Positions 30,867 to 44,294 of a stretch of DNA of 64,000 nucleotides are shown here, one piece after another; within the stretch, counting starts at the first letter, position 1, and each line of letters begins with the position of its first letter. Under the pieces are notes generated by a model. The model was given only the letters and a program-made list of their open reading frames with translations, made no database searches and had not been told where the DNA came from. The position numbers and the translations under genes are program-made. Source of the stretch: an uncultured Planctomycetota bacterium (GTDB lineage: Bacteria; Planctomycetota; Planctomycetia; Pirellulales; Lacipirellulaceae); contig CAVRBU010000012.1 in NCBI GenBank assembly GCA_963719315.1, positions 52,314 through 116,313 on the forward strand, written 5' to 3'.

Positions 30867-32036
30867 ATGCCTCAGCCCATTTATCTCGACCACAACGCCA
30901 CCACCCCGGTCTTCCCCGAAGTGGTCGAAGCCATGCGCCGATGCTGGGCCGAACCCTACCTCAACCCCGCCAGCCAACACGAATTCGGCCGTGCGGCGCG
31001 GCGCGTTCTGGAAGACGCCCGCGACTGCATCGGTGAACTCCTCGGCGCCGGACCACGCGACCGCGTGATCTTCACCAGCGGCGGCACCGAGGCCAATAAC
31101 CTCGCACTCCTCGGATTTTTCCCCGACGGCGCGGGTCGCTTGAGCGACCCCGAAACCCGCCAACTGCGCCACCTCATCATATCCGCCATCGAACACCCCA
31201 GCATCGCCAACCTCGCCGATCACTTAATTCAAACCGGCTACACCGTCGACCGTCTCGGCGTCGATGCGAACGGCGTCATCCGCGCATCCGAATTGACACA
31301 TCTGCTGCTTCCCGAAACGCGGCTCGTCGCCGCAATGCTAGCCAGCAACGAAACCGGCGTGCTGCAACCCGTCGCCGAATTGTCCGCCATCTGCAACAAA
31401 CACCATATTCCGATTCACACCGATGCCTCGCAGGCCGCCGGCAAGTTGTCGCTCAATTTTCGCGAATTGGGAGTGGCCAGTATGACGATCGCCGCCCACA
31501 AATTCGGCGGACCAATCGGTATCGGCGCACTCGTCGTGCGGCACGATGTAAGTCTCGAACCACAACTCTTCGGCGGCTTCCAACAAGCCGGCACACGTCC
31601 CGGCACCGAATCCGTCGCTCTCGCCGTCGGCCTGTGCCGCGCATTGGAACTCTGGCATACGGAACAAGAAGGTCGCATCGATCGCATGCGCGAGCTGCGC
31701 GATCGCTTCGAGAACGCGATCCTGTCCGACTACCGAGACGCTGTCATTATCGGTGGGAAAGCTGAGCGACTTCCACACGTCTCGAACATCGCGTTCATCG
31801 GCCTCGATCGCCAACAACTTTTTATCGCGCTGGATCAGGCCGGCATCGCCTGCTCGACCGGTTCCGCCTGCGCGAGCGGCTCCAGCGAACCCTCTCCTGC
31901 ACAAATCGCGATGGGCTGCGAACCGGCCGTAATTTCGAGCGCTCTGCGGTTCAGCTTGGGCGTGGGCACTACCCGCGCCGAGATCGAGGAGGCTGCCAAA
32001 CGTATCATCAACGTTTGCAATGGTTTGCGACGATAG
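30867..32036 (+). CDS. Cysteine desulfurase family (IscS/NifS)
   Basis: IYLDHNATTP, FTSGGTEANN, AHKFGGPIG, STGSACASG. Confidence 0.93.
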   Translation: MPQPIYLDHNATTPVFPEVVEAMRRCWAEPYLNPASQHEFGRAARRVLEDARDCIGELLGAGPRDRVIFTSGGTEANNLALLGFFPDGAGRLSDPETRQLRHLIISAIEHPSIANLADHLIQTGYTVDRLGVDANGVIRASELTHLLLPETRLVAAMLASNETGVLQPVAELSAICNKHHIPIHTDASQAAGKLSLNFRELGVASMTIAAHKFGGPIGIGALVVRHDVSLEPQLFGGFQQAGTRPGTESVALAVGLCRALELWHTEQEGRIDRMRELRDRFENAILSDYRDAVIIGGKAERLPHVSNIAFIGLDRQQLFIALDQAGIACSTGSACASGSSEPSPAQIAMGCEPAVISSALRFSLGVGTTRAEIEEAAKRIINVCNGLRR

Positions 32037-32235
32037 AAAGACGCCCGATTTTCGCTTTTCGCCGCTCCCGCCTCAGACCCCAATCGGGTAGAATTCAGGC
32101 TTCCGATTTCGGTCCGGAAAACGGCCTTAGCGGACTGGCTGCATTGGCAATCAGTTGCCCCGCAATCGCGGACCGATCAAGCCTCTCTCACCCCGCGTTG
32201 GGGCTACGTTTTTTGCTTCTGCGGACGGAGCCGAC

Positions 32236-33341
32236 ATGCTCGATTGCGTCACCGAAATACCGCTGCCCGGCCGCATCTTGGCGCTGCCCAATACGTCTCG
32301 CAGCGGCGGCTCCGCCCGAGATCCATTGCCTGCCTTTGTCGCTGGTCCTGAAAATCGTCTCGTCGCCGGCGCGATCAATGGTTTACTGCGCATCGACGTC
32401 CGCCGCCTCAGACGCCGCGCCGGCAACGCAAGTCGCCCCGTCCGTTCTTGTGTTGTTCGGCCACAGCGGCGTCGGCAAGTCGCATCTAGCACTCGGCTTA
32501 GTCCGCCACTGGCAATCGCAACTCGGCGCCGAAAGCGCGGTGTACACAACGGCCGCCGACTTTCGCCACCGCTGGAACGACGCTATCAAGCGGCAGGACG
32601 AGCTTGAATTCCGCGCAGAGTTCCGCGGTCGCCAATTGCTTGCCATCGACGACCTGCAGCACCTGCCGGCCGACGACCACGTTCTCGAGGAACTGCGTTA
32701 CACTCTCGACGACTACGAAGAACGCGGCGCCACCGTCGTCGTCACTTCCGTCGAACCGATCGTCGCGCTCCCGGATCTTTCGCCCGATCTTCGCAGCCGG
32801 CTCGCTGGCGGATTAGCGCTGCAGCTCGCGCCGCCCGGAGACGCCGCCCGCGGACGGATCATCCGCCACGCTGCGCACGCGCTCGATCGGTCAATTTCCG
32901 ACGAAGCCGCCGATCGCCTGGCTCGCGGCATCGAGGATACCGCCAACAGCTTGTTTCAGCGCTGTATTCAAACTCTGTACGCCCGACGGCAACCATCGGG
33001 GCAACGACGCGCAACGCGCCGAGCAATTGCTGGCCGCCCGGGCGGCGCGACGCCCTACGCTTCGCGAAATCGTTGCGGTCGTCGCCCGCTATCAGAATTT
33101 GCCGCAATCGCAATTGAAAAGCAGTTCGCGCTGCCAGTCGATCGTCTTCGCCCGTGGCATCGTCGTGTTCCTGGCCCGCGAACTGGCCGGCTCGAGCTAC
33201 GACGAAATCGGCCGCGCACTCGGCGGCCGCGATCACACCACCATCATCCACAACTACCGTAAAATGGCTGCCCAACGCGAGTGCGATCCGCAAACTCAAC
33301 GAACTCTAGAACACCTCCGTCGCTTTCTATTGAGTCGCTAA
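32236..33341 (+). CDS. dnaA: Short DnaA (domains III-IV; two apparent frameshifts near 32390 and 32955)
   Basis: FVAGPENRL, GHSGVGKSHL, LAIDDLQ, LRSRLAGGL, domain IV 'IGRALGGRDHTTIIH'; upstream of dnaN. Confidence 0.8.
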
Positions 33342-33703
33342 TTTCCAACCTGTGCAAACCCTGTTCGTGCCGAGTCGATAAGCCGCGAGAATTGGTGTTC
33401 AACTACTTCGAACAATCCAAACCACACAAAGTACCCCCGAATTCCAACATTTACCGAACGGTCGGCAAACACGTCATCGACACGCATTCCCCACGAGCGA
33501 ATAGTTCGTAACCGCAAGCCGCTTCTAATGATATGATGGCCATCGATGGCGCCGCCAACACTCAAAAGCGTCGCGATATAACTAATACAAGATTCTAACA
33601 TTACTATTAATCAAACCACGCCTCCCATTCATCCGTCACACTCAGCCGCAAACAAATCACGGCGGGCCGAGGATCCTCGGCGATCAAAAGGAACTCAATC
33701 ACG
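33342..33703. other. Possible oriC-like dnaA-dnaN intergenic region
   Basis: Degenerate DnaA boxes at 33351-33359, 33373-33381 and 33474-33482; AT-rich tract about 33577-33615. Confidence 0.4.
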
Positions 33704-34820
33704 ATGAAGATTACTTGTAACCGCGAAAAAATGCTGCATGCGTTTCAAACCGTGGCCGCTATCGCGCCGGCTCGCAGCCCCAAGGTGATTCTGCAAAACG
33801 TCAAGCTCGAAGTGACGAAAGATAAGGCCACGTTGATGGCCACCGACCTCGAAGTCGGTATTCGTTACGAAGTGACCGGTGTCGAAGTCGACGTGCCCGG
33901 CGCCGCCGTTCTTCCGGTCGCCCGCTTCGGCTCGATCCTTCGCGAGAGCAGCGATGCCACATTCCGCATCGAAGCCGGCAACGAGGGCACGCAGATTCGC
34001 GGCGAACGCAGCCAGTTCAAGCTGCCTTCCGAGAACCCGCAAGATTTCCCGCCGATCGCGGAATTCGGCGAGACGAGTTACTACGAAGTTTCCGCGAGGC
34101 TGTTCCGCGAGTTGATCCGGCGAACGATCTTTTCGACCGACAACGAAAGCAGCCGCTATGCGCTCGGCGGCATTAAACTTGAGTGGAAAGACAACCTGTT
34201 GACCGCCGTCGGCACCGATGGTCGCCGGCTTGCGAAGATGGATGGCCCCGCCCAATCGGTTGGCGAACCCGCCCCTTTCGGAGACGTAACCGTCGTTCCC
34301 ACGCGGGCCATGAACCTGCTCGAACGCGCGCTTGGCCGAGGATGGCAGCGAAGTTCAAATCGCCATTCGACAAAACGATATTCTCGTCAAAAACCCACGG
34401 GCCACAATTTACTCGCGGCTCCTCGAAGGCCGCTATCCGCGCTGGCGCGATGTGTTCCCGCAACGCCCCACGTCGACCAAGATTCCGCTCACCGTCGGAC
34501 CGGTCTACTCGGCCGTCCGCCAGGCGGCCATCGTGACCAGCGAAGAGAGCCGCGGCATCGATTTCACATTCGGCGAAGGATCGCTGGTCCTCTCCGGCCA
34601 AACCGCCGAAGTTGGTCAGTCGCGCATCGAGTTGCCGATCGCCTACGACGGCACGCCAATCTCGATTACGCTCGACCCGCGCTTCGTGAGCGATTTCCTG
34701 AAAGTTCTAGAATCCGAAAAAGCATTCACGATCGACCTTCAAGACAGCGACGCAGCCGCCGTCTGCACGACCGACGACGGCTACGGGTACGTCATCATGC
34801 CCCTCGCCCGAGACCGCTAG
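33704..34820 (+). CDS. dnaN: DNA polymerase III beta clamp (apparent frameshift near 34332)
   Basis: ATDLEVGI, SRYALGG, VGTDGRRLA, SRLLEGRYPRW, YVIMPL. Confidence 0.93.
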
Positions 34821-34868
34821 CGTCGGCGGCCACGCCGAATCTACCACTATCCACCACTGCCGCCACAC

Positions 34869-35240
34869 TTGCCCCAAGACGCCCGCACCACAACCGCCGA
34901 CTTCCTCGCCCGCCGCGAACGCGAGCAGCGCCGTCACTACGCGCGCAAGCCTAAAACGATCGGCAACATCCTGGCCCAACTAATCACCGCCCGCGGTTAC
35001 GGTCGCATCCAGGCCGATGCCGATTTCACCGCCGCCTGGCGAGCCGCCGTGGGAGAAGCTCTGGCCAAATACACTCACCCCGGACGCCTCCGCCGCGGTG
35101 TCCTGGAAATCACGGTTGCCAACTCGATGACCATCCAAGAACTCACGTTCCAAAAACAACAAGTCCTCACCAATCTCCAAACTACCCTGCCAGACGCAAG
35201 AATACGCGATCTCCGCTTCCGCGTCGGCAGCATTTCATAA
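34869..35240 (+). CDS. DUF721/DciA family protein
   Basis: 'AWRAAVGE..A..THPGRLRRGVLEITVANS..IQELTFQK'; position between dnaN and gyrB. Confidence 0.8.
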   Translation: MPQDARTTTADFLARREREQRRHYARKPKTIGNILAQLITARGYGRIQADADFTAAWRAAVGEALAKYTHPGRLRRGVLEITVANSMTIQELTFQKQQVLTNLQTTLPDARIRDLRFRVGSIS

Positions 35241-35255
35241 AACAAGCAAATAAGT

Positions 35256-35387
35256 TCACCACAGAGACACGGAGTGCACCGAGAAGAAAGATGTCTTTGG
35301 AAATTTCCGAAATGACCGATTTCAAACGACAAATTGTCAATGACAAATCAATTTGTTTTCTTAGTGCCCTCCGCGTCTCCGTGGTGA
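35256..35387. repeat. About 32-bp imperfect inverted repeat (CACCACAGAGACACGGAG type)
   Basis: TCACCACAGAGACACGGAGTGCACCGAGAAGA versus reverse complement TCACCACGGAGACGCGGAGGGCACTAAGAAAA. Confidence 0.75.
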
Positions 35388-35426
35388 GTCCGATATGAAT
35401 CATCAATGCAGGCATAATCGAACAAG

Positions 35427-37972
<2,546 letters not shown>

Positions 37973-38022
37973 CAGGCCGGCGGCTATAATCCAATGGTAA
38001 TACACAGCAATTGAGGTGAGCC

Positions 38023-38265
38023 ATGGAAACTATTCGCGTTGTATTTGAAGGCGGCGTGTTTCGACCACTCGTCCCGATAACCCTCCCCGAACACGCCTAG
38101 TTTGTCGTCGAGCCGCGGCCGGTGCCTTCGCCAACATCTGAAAATGGCGAGGAACGTCAGTTTGGTACAGAGGAAGGTATGCACAAAATCTACGCAATCC
38201 TCAGCGAGCGTTTCGATTCGGGATATACCGACACGGCAGCCCTTCACAATGAGAATCATCCGTAA
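38023..38265 (+). pseudogene. AF2212/DUF104-like antitoxin with internal TAG (38098-38100)
   Basis: METIRVVFEGGVFRPLVPITLPEHA*FVVEP...ILSERFDSGYTDTAALHNENHP; absent from the ORF track. Confidence 0.7.
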
Positions 38266-38391
38266 TCATCCGCTGCCTTGTTCGCGACGGCCGTTCACGG
38301 TCGTACCTCGCCGCAGCGCATCGGATCCACCCACTGCCATAATTTGCTCGGTGGCCGCCTATCCTCGCCGCGTCTAGAAACTTGATTCCCC

Positions 38392-38649
38392 ATGACCGCC
38401 CCCAAGCTTAGCGATGAAATGCGTCAGGCGCTGGCCATGCGTCCAAGCGGCCCCATCCCAATCGAGGACGATCAAACGCAGAGCTTTTACGTGCTGCTCA
38501 CCAAAGACGATTATTGCCGCCTGCACAACGACTACCTTCGCCGCGAGTTGCAAGTCGCGTTCGATCAGGTCGATCGTGGTGAAGTCAGCGATCTTGATAT
38601 GTCGGCTCTTTTTGCCGAGGCGCATCGCCGCTATGCCGCGCGGCAATAG
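38392..38649 (+). CDS. ParD-like antitoxin
   Basis: 85 aa; 'LRRELQVAFDQVDRGEV'; directly upstream of a ParE fragment. Confidence 0.6.
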   Translation: MTAPKLSDEMRQALAMRPSGPIPIEDDQTQSFYVLLTKDDYCRLHNDYLRRELQVAFDQVDRGEVSDLDMSALFAEAHRRYAARQ

Positions 38650-38660
38650 GACGCAACCCA

Positions 38661-38849
38661 ATGCGCCTTCGAAAGATGCCCATCGCCGAACAAGATTTGC
38701 TCGGCATCTGGGCATATATTGCCCACGACAGCCCTGTCGCCGCAGACCGCTTCTGGCAACGCTTGGACGAGCGATTCCAATTGCTACTGACACGTACGAT
38801 CGAGTGTACACGGCGTTTACGGAGAACGAGTCTCGATATGAGTCAATAA
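38661..38849 (+). pseudogene. Truncated RelE/ParE toxin
   Basis: 'AEQDLLGIWAYIAHDSPVAADRFWQRLDERFQLL', then similarity is lost near 38790. Confidence 0.7.
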
Positions 38850-38917
38850 GCGACCGGCGTCGTGTGCTTTCGCGGAAGGGTAAGCGGGACCGTTGAGTTC
38901 GACAAGTACTTGTGCTC

Positions 38918-39797
38918 TCAATACGTGAGCAGCAAGCGATCCGCAACGACTTCCGCTTCGAGAGTTTGTCCACCCATCTGAAATCGCTTCAACATGGAGC
39001 GACCACAATGTACCGACTGCTCTCGCGCGAAAAGGCCATCGGGTATTGGAAGATCGCATATTTGGCTTCCGGACTTCTTAGTGCCGTCGATGCTGAGGAC
39101 AACATAGACGCCGCGATGCTTGCACCGCGCGATCGCCTGAATTAATCGCGGCAGCGAAAATGACTGGGCGCCATACAAGATCGCCTGGCTGTGCGAATAT
39201 GGCGGATCACAATAAATCAAGTCGCCTGATTTCGCCGAATCCATTGCTTCTTCAAAGTCCAGCTGCGCAAATTGCACATGAGTTGTGCGTTTGTGCCATA
39301 GATCGACGCGTCGCCCAAACGCATCGGGTGAAATGGGGCGGTGAATTCCACAAGGTGTAGACATGTATCCGTCCGCTTGCCGGAAGCGAACTACTCCGCC
39401 GTAGCAACTCCGACACAGGAAAACCAAATCGGCGCCATTCGGACTCGCGTTGTAAGACGCTTTGATCTGTTCGTACGCCTCCTTTTTGTCGCCCCGAGCA
39501 AATGAGTGCCAACGATCGGCATACCATCGCTTCAACATCGGCGGGTCGTTTCGAAGCGCGGCCCAAATCTCCATCAAAGGCCGAAAGGTATCCGAGGCGA
39601 ATCCTGCAATAGGCGATAAAGTCGCCAAAACGCCACCACTTCCAAGAAACGGCTCGAAGTAGTTGCCAAATTTCGCAGGAAAACAGGCGACGATTTCATG
39701 GGCGAAACGCTGTTTATTTCCGACCCATTTCAATAGTTGCGACTTTCAGTGGCGCTGGCTGACCCATCAGCTTGTCGCCAAACATCAGTCGTTGCAT
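38918..39797 (-). CDS. Dam-like (D12 class) N6-adenine DNA methyltransferase (apparent frameshift near 39745)
   Basis: LKWVGNK, YFEPFLGSGGV, IYCDPPY; ATG at 39797 with GGAGGG RBS joins the main frame if one base is removed. Confidence 0.88.
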
Positions 39798-39885
39798 ACC
39801 GCCCTCCTTGGAGTTTTCAGCGCCCTAAGCCCGTTCAAACGAATCTATCCATCTGTACATCACTGGTCAATACGCCTGTACAAGA

Positions 39886-39902
39886 TATCCATATTTGGGA
39901 TA
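39886..39902. promoter_or_regulatory. Candidate controller-protein operator
   Basis: Palindrome TATCC-N7-GGATA between divergent M and C genes; second dyad CAATAG-N4-CTATTG at 39909-39924. Confidence 0.5.
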
Positions 39903-39931
39903 CGGCGTCAATAGGGTTCTATTGCCTATTC

Positions 39932-40174
39932 ATGCACAGAACAGTTTTCAGTCACGAACAAAAACAACTTTGTAAGCTCCTTCGCCAACTTCGGTTAGCA
40001 GCTGGCTTGCGACAGGCTGACCTTGCCGATGTATTGGGAAAACCACAGTCATTTGTCAGCAAGTACGAGGCCGGCGAGCGGCGTTTGGACCTATTGGAGC
40101 TTCGACAAGTTTGTAATGCGCTGGGCCTGCCTTTGGCCGAACTCGTAGTACGGCTGGAGGCGCTCCTGGTATGA
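39932..40174 (+). CDS. XRE-family HTH regulator (R-M controller protein)
   Basis: 'LRQADLADVLGKPQSFVSKYEAGERRLD'; ATGA overlap with the nuclease gene. Confidence 0.85.
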   Translation: MHRTVFSHEQKQLCKLLRQLRLAAGLRQADLADVLGKPQSFVSKYEAGERRLDLLELRQVCNALGLPLAELVVRLEALLV

Positions 40175-41094
40175 TCCCCAATCCGAAATTCACAGGCTTG
40201 CCAAAGGACTTTTGGGCCAACATTCGAATTATCAGTCAGCATGTTGGCTACACTCAAAGAATTGCGCGTCCGCGCATCGCTTCCGGAAAATCTACAGCAG
40301 TTGTCAAAAAGCGGGTTGGTCCAATCAAGATCCCCAATCTAGCTGAGATCACGGGCGCTTTGGAAGGGGCGGAGATTCGCTCCGACCACCTCATGGCGAG
40401 AGCTGGAAAATCAACACGACTGGGTTCACTAGTTTTGGATTACTTCGATTATCGGGCAGATGTACTCAATAACTTCGTCCAGCCTAGGCTGATGGACAAG
40501 GACCAAGCGCGGACTTTATTCGAGAACTTGCAGGCGAAACTGCGTCCAAAATGTCCGCTGCCAATGAATAAGCAAAAGGCAGCAAAAAAAGCGCCAGCAT
40601 ACTTCACCGGCGTGGTCAACATGCTAATTGAAGCCAACACAAACGGCATGCCTTGCAACTACAATCCGCTGGAGTTGACTACCGTTACCCGGAATGGCGC
40701 GCCTCTGCGAACCTTAGCAAGACGAGTTGACGGTGCTTTTCCCCACCCGGTAAATCCGATAGCAATTTGGGAGATCAAAGAATACTACTACACTACAACT
40801 TTTGGTAGCCATGTTGCGGACGGGGTTTATGAATCCCTTTTGGATGGCTTGGAATTGGAGGAACTTCGACAAACAGAAAGAATAGACGTCAAGCACTACT
40901 TGATGATCGACGATCGATTCACATGGTGGGACTGCGGACGATCGTATCTATGCCGTATCGTGGACATGTTGCATATGGGTTACGTCGACGAAGTATTGTT
41001 TGGCAAGGAAGTCACTGAGCGCCTTCCGGCCATAGTAAAGGAATGGATTAGGCTTGAGAAACGAAGCCGTATTAAATCTTCTGATAAGCGTTGA
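40171..41094 (+). CDS. Putative Type II restriction endonuclease (PD-(D/E)xK)
   Basis: 'RRVDGAFP..VNPIAIWEIKEY'; C-R operon divergent from the MTase; AT-richer codons. Confidence 0.65.
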   Translation: MIPNPKFTGLPKDFWANIRIISQHVGYTQRIARPRIASGKSTAVVKKRVGPIKIPNLAEITGALEGAEIRSDHLMARAGKSTRLGSLVLDYFDYRADVLNNFVQPRLMDKDQARTLFENLQAKLRPKCPLPMNKQKAAKKAPAYFTGVVNMLIEANTNGMPCNYNPLELTTVTRNGAPLRTLARRVDGAFPHPVNPIAIWEIKEYYYTTTFGSHVADGVYESLLDGLELEELRQTERIDVKHYLMIDDRFTWWDCGRSYLCRIVDMLHMGYVDEVLFGKEVTERLPAIVKEWIRLEKRSRIKSSDKR

Positions 41095-41180
41095 GCCTAG
41101 TGCTATTGCGATAATGACCTTTGCTGTCCACGACTTGTCACTGCTTACGCGTCAAAACGCCCCAGCACGGGGAACGACGA

Positions 41181-41324
41181 ATGATGGGAGAACTCGACAG
41201 CGCCGTTTTGACGACCGACCTGACCGAAAATGGTTTCAGCGCAGGCGTTCTGGGAACCTTTGTGCTCGTCCACAACACTGTCCGAAAGTGGTGGGTTATC
41301 GCACGAGCTCCAAACGCTCAGTGA
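41181..41324 (+). pseudogene. DUF4926-like remnant
   Basis: MMGELDSAVLTTDLTENGFSAGVLGTFVLVH resembles the DUF4926 N-terminus, then degenerates. Confidence 0.5.
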
Positions 41325-41337
41325 AGGATTCCTAAAC

Positions 41338-42393
41338 ATGCCACCCATCCGCCACGACCCCGAACGCGTAATCGACCTCGACCTCGTGCGCTGCACCGAG
41401 AATGCCGCACTTGCCGCCTGGAAATTCTTCGGCAAGGGCGACAAGAACCAGGCCGACGGCGCCGCCTCCGACGCCATGCGCGGGATGTTCGGGCTGATCG
41501 ACTTCAAGGGCCTCGTCCGCATCGGCGAAGGCCACAAGGACGATGCGCCCGGCATTTTCGAGGACGAGAAGCTTGGCACGTGGCGCGACGGCGCGATCCC
41601 GGCCGCCATCGCCATCGACCCGATCGACGGCACAACGCTTACCTCAAAAGGCCTGCCGGGCGCGATCAGCGTGTTGGCCGTCAGTGCGTGCGCGTCGCCG
41701 AACGACGACCCGCGTGAACTGTTCCCGTCCATCCCCTCGCATTACATGGAGAAAATCGCCGTCGGCCAGGCGGTGGCCGAGAGTGATGTGCGGGTGCAGA
41801 TCGACGCGCCGCTGGAAGCCAATCTGAGCATCATCGCCGGCCAGTTGCAGAAGCGGCTTCGCGACCTGGTCGTTGTCGTGCTCGATCGGCCGCGGCATCA
41901 GGCGATCATCGACACCCTTCGCAGCGTCGGCTGCCGCGTTCGCCTGATCGGCGACGGCGACGTGGCGGCCGCCATCGCGCCGAGCCTGCCCGACTCGGGC
42001 GTCGACGCCTACGTCGGCATCGGCGGCAGCCCCGAGGCCGTGATCTCCGCGGCCGCCATCAAGTGCCTCGGCGGCCAGCAACTCTGCCGCATGTGGCCCA
42101 AGGACGCGGCTGAACGCCAACATCTGCTCGACGACAAGCTATGCACCGAGGCCGATTTGCGCAAAGTGTGGACAGTTGAAATGATGGCCCCCGGCGAACA
42201 CGTCATCTTCGCCGCCACCGGCATCAGCGATTCGCCAATGTTGCCCGGCATCACCTACCGCGATCAACATTGCGTGACGCACTCCATCCTGATGCGGGCT
42301 CGCAACCGCACCGTCCGCCGCATCCAGGCCTACCACGACATCGCCCGCAAGACGATCCGCATGCACTCGACCGGCCAGGAAATGCCGCTCTAA
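41338..42393 (+). CDS. glpX: Class II fructose-1,6-bisphosphatase
   Basis: GKGDKNQADGAA, IGEGHKDDAP, IDPIDGT, YMEK, LDRPRH, DGDVAA, GGSPEAV. Confidence 0.93.
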   Translation: MPPIRHDPERVIDLDLVRCTENAALAAWKFFGKGDKNQADGAASDAMRGMFGLIDFKGLVRIGEGHKDDAPGIFEDEKLGTWRDGAIPAAIAIDPIDGTTLTSKGLPGAISVLAVSACASPNDDPRELFPSIPSHYMEKIAVGQAVAESDVRVQIDAPLEANLSIIAGQLQKRLRDLVVVVLDRPRHQAIIDTLRSVGCRVRLIGDGDVAAAIAPSLPDSGVDAYVGIGGSPEAVISAAAIKCLGGQQLCRMWPKDAAERQHLLDDKLCTEADLRKVWTVEMMAPGEHVIFAATGISDSPMLPGITYRDQHCVTHSILMRARNRTVRRIQAYHDIARKTIRMHSTGQEMPL

Positions 42394-42470
42394 TTGTCCG
42401 TAGTCCATTGCCCGTCGTCCGTCGCGGTGGCACGCTTCGTTCTTCCTGCAACGGACCACGGACCACCGAC
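42394..42470. repeat. Inverted heptamer (TTGTCCG/CGGACCA) arrays
   Basis: TTGTCCG TAGTCCA TTGCCCG TCGTCCG ... CAACGGACCACGGACCACCGAC. Confidence 0.65.
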
Positions 42471-42487
42471 TGCAAATTGCAACCAGC

Positions 42488-43138
42488 ATGAACGCCGAAC
42501 GCATCATTTCCTGGCTTCCGCTTGCCTCACTGATCGGTTTTCTCTGCATCGTGATCATCCGCACGATCATGCTTGGCCACCGGGGCATTCGGGCAAGGGT
42601 TCGCGATCCAAACAGATCGCGTACTGCCCGAATCATTGAAACTACTTCCGGCATCGTGTTCTGGATGTGGGTCTGGATGGTCGTCGAATTCACATGGCCC
42701 CCGCCGCCGACCTGGTTCCCGCACTGGCTGACATTCCAACTCGTCGATTCGCCAGTTGCAAAGTGGATCGGCGCAGTGTTCGTCATCATTCCCGTCATCG
42801 TGTACCCGATCACGCTCGCCGACATGGGCAACTCCTGGCGGATGGGCATCGATCGCCAGGCACACAACCCCTCCTCCACCGACTCGAGCCGGCCGCCGTC
42901 GACGCTCGTTACGCACGGGCTCTTCCGTTTCGCCCGCAACCCGATCTATGTTATCGTCGACATGCTGTTTTTCGGCACGTTTCTGATCCTTGGCCAAATC
43001 GTGTTCCTCATTTTTGCTGTTGCCTTCGCGATCTTGATCCACCTGCAAGTCCTGCGCGAAGAGCGATTCCTCGCCGAACGATACGGCGAACAATACGAAG
43101 CCTACCGCCGTCGAGTCCGCCGCTATGGCGTGTTCTAA
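42488..43138 (+). CDS. Isoprenylcysteine carboxylmethyltransferase-family membrane protein
   Basis: MGNSWRMGID, LVTHGLFRFARNPIY, REERFLAERYGEQYEAYRRRVRRY. Confidence 0.85.
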   Translation: MNAERIISWLPLASLIGFLCIVIIRTIMLGHRGIRARVRDPNRSRTARIIETTSGIVFWMWVWMVVEFTWPPPPTWFPHWLTFQLVDSPVAKWIGAVFVIIPVIVYPITLADMGNSWRMGIDRQAHNPSSTDSSRPPSTLVTHGLFRFARNPIYVIVDMLFFGTFLILGQIVFLIFAVAFAILIHLQVLREERFLAERYGEQYEAYRRRVRRYGVF

Positions 43139-43193
43139 TCGTCCGTTGTCCGTTGGTGCGGACACAGAATGCCTTTTGCGACGGACCACGGAC
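43139..43193. repeat. Inverted heptamer arrays (same family as 42394)
   Basis: TCGTCCG TTGTCCG TTG ... GCGACGGACCACGGAC. Confidence 0.6.
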
Positions 43194-43341
43194 AGGCGAC
43201 GTGCTAGCGTCCCCCGCGGTTTCGTAATAAATCGGACCTGTACAAACACTTACCTACGCGCAACTCGCGTATAGAATTCCAGGAAGTAGTCGTATGTCCG
43301 TTCCTAGCACGCGCGCCCGCATGAGGCCCGAAATTGCTCCC

Positions 43342-44268
43342 ATGAAACGCGAACTTATCACCAAGCTCCACGCCACGCTCGAAAAGCTGGTGCACAAGGA
43401 AACCGCCACCGGCACCGAATTCTGGCTTGCCCGCGATCTGCAAAAGGTGCTCGGCTATGTCCGGTGGGCCAACTTCGAGAAGGTGATTCATAAGGCCATC
43501 ATGTCGTGCGAGCTGGCAGGCTACCCGTCGGACGACCATTTCTTGCCAGTCGACAAGATCGACGATCTGGTGAAATCGCCGCGGCAGGTGCGCAACTTCG
43601 CGCTCACGCGCTACGCCTGCTACCTTATTGCCCAGAATGCCGATTCGTCGAAGGACCCAGTCGCGTTCGCGCAGACCTACTTCGCCGTGCAAACCCGCCG
43701 CCAGGAAATCATTGAATGCCGGCTGGCTGATCAGGAGCGCGTCGATGCCCGCCGCAAGTTGAGCCAGTCCGAAAAAGTGCTCTCCGGCCTGATCTACGAG
43801 CACGTCGAAAGCGAGCAAGGCTTCCGCCGCATCCGCACCAAGGGGGACCAGGCCCTGTTCGGTGGCGTCACCACGCGGCAAATGAAGCGCCGCCTCCGCG
43901 TGCCCACGGGGCGTGCGCTCGCCGACTTCCTGCCCACGATCACGATCAAGGCCAAGGATTTCGCCAACGAGATCACCAACTTCAGCATCAAGCGCGATTA
44001 CCTGCACACCGAGGCCCAGATCGCCCGCGAGCTCATCAAGAACAACCGCGAGATCCGCAAGCTGCTCGGCCGCCGCAAGATCAAGCCCGAAGACCTGCCG
44101 CCGGCCGAGGACGTGAAGAAACTCGAGCGCCGCCTCTCCACCGAAAAGAGGTCGCTGCCCCGCGAAACGAAGCTCATCGAGCCACCGCAAGGCCAACAGC
44201 TCATCTTCGATCCCGGCGACGGTTACCCCAACGTGCAAAACGGTAAGAACAGCGGCCAAATTCCCTAA
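43342..44268 (+). CDS. dinD: DNA damage-inducible protein D
   Basis: EFWLARDLQKVLGY..W.NF, LTRYACYLIAQNAD, AFAQTYFAVQTRRQE, PEDLPPAEDVKKLERR. Confidence 0.9.
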   Translation: MKRELITKLHATLEKLVHKETATGTEFWLARDLQKVLGYVRWANFEKVIHKAIMSCELAGYPSDDHFLPVDKIDDLVKSPRQVRNFALTRYACYLIAQNADSSKDPVAFAQTYFAVQTRRQEIIECRLADQERVDARRKLSQSEKVLSGLIYEHVESEQGFRRIRTKGDQALFGGVTTRQMKRRLRVPTGRALADFLPTITIKAKDFANEITNFSIKRDYLHTEAQIARELIKNNREIRKLLGRRKIKPEDLPPAEDVKKLERRLSTEKRSLPRETKLIEPPQGQQLIFDPGDGYPNVQNGKNSGQIP

Positions 44269-44294
44269 TGCTTGCTTTGGCGAATTCGCCAATG

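Noticed and set aside
38918..39797. Local MTase as the cause of GCGC-linked errors
   Set aside because: A DPPY Dam-like enzyme should methylate adenine, and GCGC contains none
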